Positions 17,961-25,395 of a stretch of 64,000 nt of DNA are shown here, in pieces. Every line of letters begins with the position of its first letter. The first letter of the stretch is position 1. The notes beneath the pieces were generated by a model. That model was not told the DNA's origin, made no database searches, and was given only the letters and a program-made list of their open reading frames with translations. The position numbers were made by a program, and so were the translations under genes. The stretch comes from a virus. The stretch covers positions 1-64,000 of the IMG/VR virus record IMGVR_UViG_3300036820_000015, one strand, 5' to 3'.

Positions 17961-18320
17961 ATGTCCCCGACCCGCGAGGCCCTCCCCCTCGGCTCCTACG
18001 GCATGCTCGCCACCGAGCAGTGGTCCCTCTCCTTCGACTTCACCCCGACCATCACCCTCCTGAACATCGGCACGCCCCCTACCGCCATCGCCATCGCCGC
18101 CATCGATCTGGCTACCGGGCAGCCCATCGACCCCCTGCCGACCATCACCCAGGATGGCAACCTGGTCCTGGTCGAGGTGGTGGGCAGCGGAGCCACGCCC
18201 ACTCCGGGCCCGCTCGAAGCCGAGCACTCCTACATGCTCTTCGTCTCGGCCGTGCTGGACGCCAACAACACCCAGACGCTGACCAAGCAGGTCACGGTGG
18301 ACGACCCCACCGGGAACTAG
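17961..18320 (+). CDS. Putative virion structural protein
   Basis: Beta-rich 119 aa, leaderless start after the promoter motif. Confidence 0.6.
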   Translation: MSPTREALPLGSYGMLATEQWSLSFDFTPTITLLNIGTPPTAIAIAAIDLATGQPIDPLPTITQDGNLVLVEVVGSGATPTPGPLEAEHSYMLFVSAVLDANNTQTLTKQVTVDDPTGN

Positions 18321-18363
18321 CCCTCCCGGCATAGAACTCGACTGGGAACTAGCCCTCCTCGAC

Positions 18364-18399
18364 CAGGTCCCCCACTCCCGCGCGTACCCGCTCAATCAT
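18364..18399 (+). promoter_or_regulatory. Phage promoter motif
   Basis: CAGGTCCCCCACT with GTCC at 18367, AATCAT at +27, ATG at +40. Confidence 0.75.
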
Positions 18400-18406
18400 G
18401 GGCCCT

Positions 18407-18751
18407 ATGTCCGACACGGCCACACCGGCTCCCACCGACTCCACCGCCTCCTCGGTCGTCGATCCCATCTCCAAGTGCGGAGCCTGTGGCCAGTCGGACG
18501 ATCACCCCAAGCACCAGGTCCTGGTGGGCTACAACAACGAGCACACCGAAGGCCAGATGTTCCATCCGCACGACTTCACGCGTGACGGGATGGTCTACTA
18601 CCACTTCGACTGCGACACGCCCTTCCACGCGATGTCGGCTCATGTCCGCAAGCATCAGGCCCTCATCGATCAGGGCTTCCACGGGGCCGAGCTTCGAGCC
18701 AAGATCCTGGAAGCGACAAAGGCTGCTGACGCAGCAGAGGTGGCGGGCTGA
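18407..18751 (+). CDS. Zn-binding hypothetical protein
   Basis: CGACGQSDDHPKH...HFDC...G..GAELR. Confidence 0.65.
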   Translation: MSDTATPAPTDSTASSVVDPISKCGACGQSDDHPKHQVLVGYNNEHTEGQMFHPHDFTRDGMVYYHFDCDTPFHAMSAHVRKHQALIDQGFHGAELRAKILEATKAADAAEVAG

Positions 18752-19158
18752 TGGCCGGAGGCATTGACCAGACGCTGGCCGGGAAAGTCCTCGCCCTCCT
18801 CACCACGAACTCTGGTGGTCCGAGCGTCTCGGGGACGGTGAAGGTCAAGCTCTGTACCACCATTGGCTCGGACACCTCAGCCGGGACCGAACTCTCCTCC
18901 TCTGGATACACCACCGGTGGTCAAGTCGCTGCCGGTTGGTCATCTCCATCTGCCGGTGCCACCAACCTGACCACCACCGCTCTCTCCTGGACGGCTGGCG
19001 CATCTTGGACCCTGGAGAGTGTCGAGTTGGTTGACACCACTGGTTCCCCGGTGCGGCTCTTCTGGGCGCCTCTCACCGGCCAGCCCATCTCGGTCGCTTC
19101 GAGCAACGTCTTCACCATCCCCACGGGTGTCTCGGGCCTCGTCGTTACGCTGAGCTAA
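18751..19158 (+). CDS. Fibre-associated structural protein
   Basis: VKLCTT.GSD..AGTEL..GY..Q...L.WAPL pattern of small fibre-base proteins. Confidence 0.6.
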   Translation: MAGGIDQTLAGKVLALLTTNSGGPSVSGTVKVKLCTTIGSDTSAGTELSSSGYTTGGQVAAGWSSPSAGATNLTTTALSWTAGASWTLESVELVDTTGSPVRLFWAPLTGQPISVASSNVFTIPTGVSGLVVTLS

Positions 19159-19162
19159 ACCA

Positions 19163-20623
19163 ATGGCGCGGTTCGGGCGCTCCTTCCCGGTTCCCCACCA
19201 CCCGGCGTCTATCGCCGCCCTCATCCCCTCTGGTGGCACCACCACCGGGGCAGCGACCGCCGCTTGCTCTACCTCGGTCTCCTGTGGTGGCAGCCTCTCC
19301 GTCGTTGGTGCTGCCTCCGTGGGAGTCGCCACGGCGGTAACGGCAGCAGGAACCGTATCGATTATCGGAGCAGCGACAGCTGCCTGCGCCACCTCAGTCT
19401 CCGCTGCGAGTACGGTCACCATCCTCGGTGCGGCCACGGCCTCCTGTTCGGTCTCGGTCGCCGCTACCGGCACTCTCACCATCCTCGGTAGCGCTATCGC
19501 TGCTTGTGTCACCTCCATCTCGGCGCCCTCTGTCCTGACCGTTTACGGTGCCGCTGAGGCTGACACCGTCACCTCCGTCACCGTCGGTTCTGTCCTCTCG
19601 ATCGTCAGTGCCGCCACTGCTGCCTGCACCACCTCAGTGACGAGTACCGGAACGATCACCATTTTCGGCTCAGCCACTGCTGCGGCTGTGACCTCTCTGA
19701 CGGTCGCCTCATCGCTCACCATCCTTTCGGCAGCGACGGCAGCCTGTACCACCTCAGTCTCGGCCACAGGAGTCCTCACTATCTTGGCGGCGGCCGAAGC
19801 TGACTCCACCACTTCCATCACCGCCTCCCCCTCTCTTACCATCCTGGCTGCAGCGACAGCTGCCTGCTCTACCAGTGTCGTCGCTACCTCGACCGGGGAG
19901 GTCAATGGTTCAGCTGAGGCTGACACCACCACCTCAGTCTCTACTGCTGGCATCCTTTCCATTATCGGGGCGGCTGAAGTCGATGCCGTGGTGTCGGGCT
20001 CGGCTACTGGGGTCATTACACAGTTCGCTTCGGCCTCAGTCGGTTGCGTTGTCTCCACCACCGTCACCGGAACGATCACTATCTACGGCGCCGCCGAGTC
20101 GGACGTTGTCACCAGTGTCTCGGCAGCTGGCACTCTCTCAATCATTGGTGCTGCCGAGAGCGATCTAGTGACATCGGTCTCGGCCACTGGCATTCTCACA
20201 ATCTCTGCCAGTGCCGAAGCGGACAGCACTACTTCGATCCTCGCTTCCCCGATCGGACAGGTCTCTGGCTCGGCTGAAGCTGACTCCACGATCGACGTCT
20301 CGGCGTCCGGCACCATCGTCGTGCCTGGATTCGCTGAGGCTGATTCCACCGTCTCCATCACCGCTTTCGGGAGCATTCTCGGTGGTGGTGCTGCTGAAGT
20401 CGATGCCGTGGCCTCCATCACTGTCTCCCCCTCCCTGAGCATCATCGCTGCCGCTACGGCCGCCTGTGTCCTCTCCGTCTCTGTTACCGCTACTCCGAGC
20501 GCCACGACCCAGTCCGTCCTCTTCACCGCCAATCCGCCGAACACCCTCTTCTATGCTCCGGTCCCCTCCCCCTTCTTCACCGCCAATCCGCCGATCACCA
20601 TCTTCTTCTCCCCAATCCCTTAG
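19163..20623 (+). CDS. Ala/Ser/Thr-rich fibre protein with 21 x 20-aa repeats
   Basis: Exact 20-aa period (G/A)AA(T/E)A(A/D)..TSVSA.G.LTI. across 19247-20506. Confidence 0.75.
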   Translation: MARFGRSFPVPHHPASIAALIPSGGTTTGAATAACSTSVSCGGSLSVVGAASVGVATAVTAAGTVSIIGAATAACATSVSAASTVTILGAATASCSVSVAATGTLTILGSAIAACVTSISAPSVLTVYGAAEADTVTSVTVGSVLSIVSAATAACTTSVTSTGTITIFGSATAAAVTSLTVASSLTILSAATAACTTSVSATGVLTILAAAEADSTTSITASPSLTILAAATAACSTSVVATSTGEVNGSAEADTTTSVSTAGILSIIGAAEVDAVVSGSATGVITQFASASVGCVVSTTVTGTITIYGAAESDVVTSVSAAGTLSIIGAAESDLVTSVSATGILTISASAEADSTTSILASPIGQVSGSAEADSTIDVSASGTIVVPGFAEADSTVSITAFGSILGGGAAEVDAVASITVSPSLSIIAAATAACVLSVSVTATPSATTQSVLFTANPPNTLFYAPVPSPFFTANPPITIFFSPIP

Positions 20624-20656
20624 GTCCCCCACCCCGCGCGCGCTGCCTGCTATCTC
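20621..20656 (+). promoter_or_regulatory. Phage promoter motif
   Basis: TAGGTCCCCCACC with GTCC at 20624, TATCTC at +27, GTG at +40. Confidence 0.75.
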
Positions 20657-20663
20657 TGGACTC

Positions 20664-20945
20664 GTGCCTCCCGCCCCAGCCAGTCCGACGCCGGACCCGC
20701 CCATCGTGGCTCTCACTCCTCCTGTGGCCCCCGTTCCGGTTACGAAGAAGTCGTTCTGGTCCCGCTTCGACCTCAGTGACGCCTGGCACTTCATCGTCCT
20801 CTACGGCGCCACCCTCATCTCCACCGGCACCATCACCTCGATCCCGAAGACGAAAGACGCCCTCCTGGCTCTGATCCCCGGGGCTGTCTCGGTGCTCGTC
20901 CATCAGATCACCAAGCAGAACCAAGCGAGCCAGCCAGCCCCATGA
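20664..20945 (+). CDS. Holin-like two-TM protein
   Basis: Two hydrophobic helices; GTG start at the promoter +40 position. Confidence 0.5.
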   Translation: MPPAPASPTPDPPIVALTPPVAPVPVTKKSFWSRFDLSDAWHFIVLYGATLISTGTITSIPKTKDALLALIPGAVSVLVHQITKQNQASQPAP

Positions 20946-21172
20946 CCACGGTCGCCAACCTCCATTCCGTGTTAGCCAGTGATGGAGCGATTGGTGGGAT
21001 GACGCTCACCGGAGGCCGCGCTCCGCGCACCGCGCGCGCGGGGAGAGTGTGCGAGCACCCAAGTTGCAGCACCGTTCTCTCGATCTACAATCAGTCGGAG
21101 GGGTGTGCCGAGCACTCGAAGCCGGTGGATCTCCGACGGACACTCGGGGTTCAGGTACCCTCAGCGCGGTAG
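20942..21172 (+). CDS. Small Zn-finger protein
   Basis: GRVCEHPSCSTVLSIYN...CAEH. Confidence 0.55.
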   Translation: MTTVANLHSVLASDGAIGGMTLTGGRAPRTARAGRVCEHPSCSTVLSIYNQSEGCAEHSKPVDLRRTLGVQVPSAR

Positions 21173-21181
21173 CGTGTCGGG

Positions 21182-24100
21182 GTGCAGGCGCTCCCGATCA
21201 GGCTGAGGAAAGACGGTCCCTCTCAGTCAGATGTCCACACCGACGGTCCCGGCACCATCGGCCCCGTCTGCACCTTCTCTCCCGGCCCTGGCTTCAAGAC
21301 GTGTCCGAAGTGTGGTGGCGACCCGAGCACGCACATGGCGCCCCCGAGTATTGCTCAGCTGGAGAAGGACAGAGCAGTCGCTCAGCCCCTCCGTTGCCCG
21401 AAGTGTGGGAGCACAGATACCGGCCTCCTCCCTCCCGACTTCGAGACACTGAAGTGCCATGCGTGTGAGAGGAATTCTCCTTTCATCAAAGCGGCTATCT
21501 CTGTCGCTGGCCTCTGCGTCAAAGCTATTGACACCGGCCGCGTCCTACTCATCGAGCGAGGAGTTGACCCCAATGACCCAGCCTCCGAATGTTTCGAGTT
21601 CCCCGGCGGCCACCTCAACCCCGGAGAATCCCCCGCTGACGCAGCACTCCGCGAGTGGGCCGAAGAGGTCGGCGTCCATCCTCCACCCGGTTACTTCCTC
21701 TCAACTTGGACCCATGGGATCTATCGAGGCTTCATTTATCTCACTGCTACCGAGACCATTTCACCCGAGCACTGGCACGCTCACAGCAATCCCGACAATC
21801 CTGACGGGGATGTAGTCGAGAGTGCGATGTGGGTCGATCCGCGCGCTGCGCGGAGTTTCACTGATCTACGCGCTGAGCTAAAGGGGGACACTGCTCTCTG
21901 GGACCAGATTGAACGAGCCGGGACACCGTATGCATTACTCCCCATCTCGCTCTACAAGGAGGCTGCTGGCCACCCCTTTCGCGGCAACCAGTACACCGGT
22001 GGTGTCGCCTCCGCCCAGATGGGCTCCAACTCCGAACTCGAACGACACGCTCACGCCTACTCCAACTCCATCGGCCTTTCGCGCCCCACCGACATCGATT
22101 ACTCCAAAGTGAAAGTCGACACGCCCACGGCCAAGTCCATCGCGCGCGCCTATGACGCTCTCCCCAAACGCGATCCCGAGGCCTCTCCCGCCTTCGCCCA
22201 GATGGCCAAGGAGATCGAGCAGCAGTACGCCTATCTGACCGGGCCCATGGGCATCAAGGTTGATGTAACGCGCGAAGACCCTTACGCCACGGTCCAGGAG
22301 ATGCAGCACGATGTCACGCAGAACCACCACATCTCGGTGCTCTCGACTGCCCTCACCGGTCATCACCCCTACTTCACCGACGAGCAGAACGATCACTTCC
22401 GGGCCGTCCACGACACCTTCGGACATGCAGCCACCGGTCGTGGTTTCGACCGCCATGGCGAGGAGGCAGCCTGGCTATCCCATTCTCTGATGTTCTCTCC
22501 CCTGGCGCGTCGCGCTATGACCACTGAGACACGCGGCCAGAACTCCGTGCTCACCCAAGAGCGTCACGGCTTCCCCGAGCAGAAGGTGGCACTGCTGCCG
22601 GACAAGTTCTCTACCATCCCTAACTCAATCATCCGCAAGATGATGAGGAAAGCATTAGTGGCGCAGTCGACTCTGCGGCACTGTATTGCTGGGCGCGCTC
22701 AGTTGGACCGGATGCAGTGGCAGCCACCATTCGCCAAAGGATTCTTCCCATTCCTCAAGTTGGGTAATGTCACTTGGGACGAACAGAAACACCCGCGCGG
22801 CCAGCCCACCAACGCTGGAGAGTTCGCATCAGACCCCGGTGGTGGGAGTAAGAAGCCAAAGGGGATTGGCAGAAAGACTATGGGCTCAGCCACTCCCGTC
22901 ACCGACGATGATGTCCCCGGCGACAACATTCAGAACCATGAGGGCACAGCCACTCTCAACGAGGCTATGCAGGATCAGGAGGCTAAAGCTGGAGGTTCGG
23001 GACAGGCTAAAGCTCAGGTGGCCCATCTGGTGTCGGCCGATATGGTGGATAACTGGGGGGACAGGTTCGATGCCAACTTTATGAGGTCTCGGAGCATCAG
23101 CCCGGAAGACCTGAAGATTCCAGGGGCACTCGTTGTGAAGAACCTCAACGACGGCTCGGTGAACGTCTGGAAGCCAAGTAAGCACACGGGTGGGATTGGC
23201 TCCTTTTCGATAAGTTTCAATGAGCGCAAGCAAGCTGTCCCGGCCAACTCCCCCGAAGCCCTCACCGCTATCCGCGAAGGCGGAGTCTCCTCCCTCATCT
23301 CCCTCTGGGCCGGTTCCTCCAACGACTCCTCCGACAAGTCCCTGGCCATCCAAGACGCCGCCATCGCTGAGTTCGGACTCAAGAACACCTCCGAGTGGAC
23401 CGAGTACCGTAACCCTGACTCCGTCAAAGAGGAGTTCGACAAGAACGGTGACATGTACCGAGCCTTCCTCCGCTCCCAGTACAACGTCACCCAGAAGGAC
23501 CTGGCTGCACGCGGCGTCACTACCGTCATGTTGGAGCGCGGCGTCAAAGACGACCCTGAGACCAACGACGCTGAGGACAATGGTGATGGCACGGCCACGG
23601 TCAAGATGCGGCCACTCTCCTCCTGGTCAGTCAACCCCGACACTGCTGAGAACTCCTTTGGCAGTGGGGGGACGACGTATCGCGCTGAGTTTCCGGCCAA
23701 CCGGATTCTTTCCACCACCCTGACCGGATTTGGCTGCCTGGGTGAGAGTGAGGTGGTGCCGCTGGGGGATCAGGAGACGGTGGGTCTCGTGGGTGGGCAG
23801 TGGAATGGTGAGAGTCAGTCCTCTATCAATGAGGAGTGGGCATCTAATGGGCCGCAACAGGAGTGGGCTGACAACATCACCGAGGGATCTGATGAGACCT
23901 ATAGCGAGGATGATCTCAGCAGTATGTGGGCTGAAGAGATGGAGTCGCAGAACTCTGATGCCGTTGCCGCTTGGCTCTCAGGCCAGGACGATATAGAGAA
24001 TCTCACTACCAAACAGGAATGGGCTGAGAGCTATACCTCCGACTATGACGCAGCCTCAGCTGAAGGCCCTGTCACTTCGGAGGAGCTTGATGACGGTTGG

Positions 24101-24661
24101 ACTGGCCATGTTGACGATGAGAACGTCGACACTCTGAACCAGTTCCTTGGCCCCCACCCCGAAGCGAAGGACTGGACGCTCCAGTGGGCGAAGACACAGG
24201 GTGCCGGGTTCTTCAACTATGCCGGGCCAACAGTCGGAGTGCTCATTGACCCGAAGCTGATTGGTGACGGCGTGATGCTGAATGCAGGGGAGTTGGATAA
24301 AGCGTGGGAGAACCACCTCGAAGGCCTCGATAAGCTGAACGAGGGACCATCCGCAGATCAGGACCAAGGACAGAAGCCCTCACTCCCGGGCATGGCTCAG
24401 TTTGCTGGACCTACTGGCGGCAACACATACAAGCCGGTCGGCCCCGGCGTCCTCCCTCTCGGCCTGAAGCTAGGGAAGCCGACACCATCAAAGGATGGAC
24501 CGAAGCTCCTCGACGTGGGCCAGGACAAGTTCCTTAATGCTGATGACCAACCACCCTCCTTCGGCATCGGATGGCAGAAGATCGGTCCGCACAAGTACAA
24601 AGCAGCTTCGGGAGTCATCGCTACCCAGGACCCAAAGACGAAGAAGTGGAGCGAGGAGTAA
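21182..24661 (+). CDS. Polyvalent protein: capsid-like N-peptide, Zn ribbon, Nudix hydrolase, HDxxGH peptidase-like domain, ADP-ribosyltransferase, acidic tail
   Basis: Nudix box GHLNPGESPADAALREWAEEVGV (21608-21676); FRAVHDTFGH..GEE..TETRGQNS; ART R-S-E triad LERG / LSSWS / GESEV. Confidence 0.8.
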   Translation: MQALPIRLRKDGPSQSDVHTDGPGTIGPVCTFSPGPGFKTCPKCGGDPSTHMAPPSIAQLEKDRAVAQPLRCPKCGSTDTGLLPPDFETLKCHACERNSPFIKAAISVAGLCVKAIDTGRVLLIERGVDPNDPASECFEFPGGHLNPGESPADAALREWAEEVGVHPPPGYFLSTWTHGIYRGFIYLTATETISPEHWHAHSNPDNPDGDVVESAMWVDPRAARSFTDLRAELKGDTALWDQIERAGTPYALLPISLYKEAAGHPFRGNQYTGGVASAQMGSNSELERHAHAYSNSIGLSRPTDIDYSKVKVDTPTAKSIARAYDALPKRDPEASPAFAQMAKEIEQQYAYLTGPMGIKVDVTREDPYATVQEMQHDVTQNHHISVLSTALTGHHPYFTDEQNDHFRAVHDTFGHAATGRGFDRHGEEAAWLSHSLMFSPLARRAMTTETRGQNSVLTQERHGFPEQKVALLPDKFSTIPNSIIRKMMRKALVAQSTLRHCIAGRAQLDRMQWQPPFAKGFFPFLKLGNVTWDEQKHPRGQPTNAGEFASDPGGGSKKPKGIGRKTMGSATPVTDDDVPGDNIQNHEGTATLNEAMQDQEAKAGGSGQAKAQVAHLVSADMVDNWGDRFDANFMRSRSISPEDLKIPGALVVKNLNDGSVNVWKPSKHTGGIGSFSISFNERKQAVPANSPEALTAIREGGVSSLISLWAGSSNDSSDKSLAIQDAAIAEFGLKNTSEWTEYRNPDSVKEEFDKNGDMYRAFLRSQYNVTQKDLAARGVTTVMLERGVKDDPETNDAEDNGDGTATVKMRPLSSWSVNPDTAENSFGSGGTTYRAEFPANRILSTTLTGFGCLGESEVVPLGDQETVGLVGGQWNGESQSSINEEWASNGPQQEWADNITEGSDETYSEDDLSSMWAEEMESQNSDAVAAWLSGQDDIENLTTKQEWAESYTSDYDAASAEGPVTSEELDDGWTGHVDDENVDTLNQFLGPHPEAKDWTLQWAKTQGAGFFNYAGPTVGVLIDPKLIGDGVMLNAGELDKAWENHLEGLDKLNEGPSADQDQGQKPSLPGMAQFAGPTGGNTYKPVGPGVLPLGLKLGKPTPSKDGPKLLDVGQDKFLNADDQPPSFGIGWQKIGPHKYKAASGVIATQDPKTKKWSEE

Positions 24662-25002
24662 TGGGCAATCGCACTCTCTCCGAAGACTGGATCAAGCTCA
24701 AGACCTGGGACCTCCCCACCACTCTCTCCTCTCTCCTCTCCATCCTCAACGTCTCCTCCTCGCCCCCCTACACCCAACGCCAAGCCCTCCGGCGTCTCAC
24801 GCGCCAGCCCGCTTTCCGTGCCTGCCCTCCTCAACTTCGTCAGGCCATCACTCACTTCATCGGTGCTCAGCCCAAACCGAAGACCCCTGGTGTCCATCAG
24901 TCCCCCACCGCTGACGACCGTCCCCCTCTGCTCCACATGCCTGCTCCCACCACCAAATCCCTCCTCTCTGTCTTCCTGAAGCGACTCAACGAGGATGGCT
25001 AG
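24661..25002 (+). CDS. Hypothetical protein coupled to the polyvalent protein
   Basis: TAATG overlap; DWIKLKTWDLP motif. Confidence 0.6.
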   Translation: MGNRTLSEDWIKLKTWDLPTTLSSLLSILNVSSSPPYTQRQALRRLTRQPAFRACPPQLRQAITHFIGAQPKPKTPGVHQSPTADDRPPLLHMPAPTTKSLLSVFLKRLNEDG

Positions 25003-25039
25003 CCCTCAAGTTCCGCGCGCGCGGTGCCGATACCCAGGC

Positions 25040-25159
25040 ATGAGATATGCCGCCCACCAACACGACCAGTCCCGCCTCGACCGTTTCCTCCTAATCACCA
25101 CCATCTCCATTGCAATCGTGGCAATCCTGCTGCTCCCCTCCGTCGTCCTGCTACTGTGA
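25040..25159 (+). CDS. 39-aa single-TM peptide
   Basis: MRYAAHQHDQSRLDRFLLITTISIAIVAILLLPSVVLLL. Confidence 0.45.
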   Translation: MRYAAHQHDQSRLDRFLLITTISIAIVAILLLPSVVLLL

Positions 25160-25352
25160 GCCGTCTTGGGAGGGGGTGGGCGGGATATGCGACCACTAAC
25201 AGCCAGCCAGCCGTTATGGAGCCGTCCACTTCCTCCCACCTAGGTCGGGGCCCGGAGGCTGGAGTCATGGAACCAGCTGGTCGGCTTACGAGGTGTCTCC
25301 TGCTGCGGATGGTGGCTTCAGGCCCAACTGACGTCGGCTACCGGGTCCCGAC

Positions 25353-25388
25353 CTAGTCCATCCCCCGCTCCCCCACCCGTGCCATCCT
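25353..25388 (+). promoter_or_regulatory. Phage promoter motif before protease
   Basis: CTAGTCCATCC with GTCC at 25356, CATCCT at +27, ATG at +40. Confidence 0.7.
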
Positions 25389-25395
25389 GGGTGCT

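Noticed and set aside
18312-18358. 15-bp direct repeat GGGAACTAGCCCTCC, two copies
   Set aside because: Only two copies with a 17-bp spacer; likely a local duplication at a gene end, not a mini-CRISPR.
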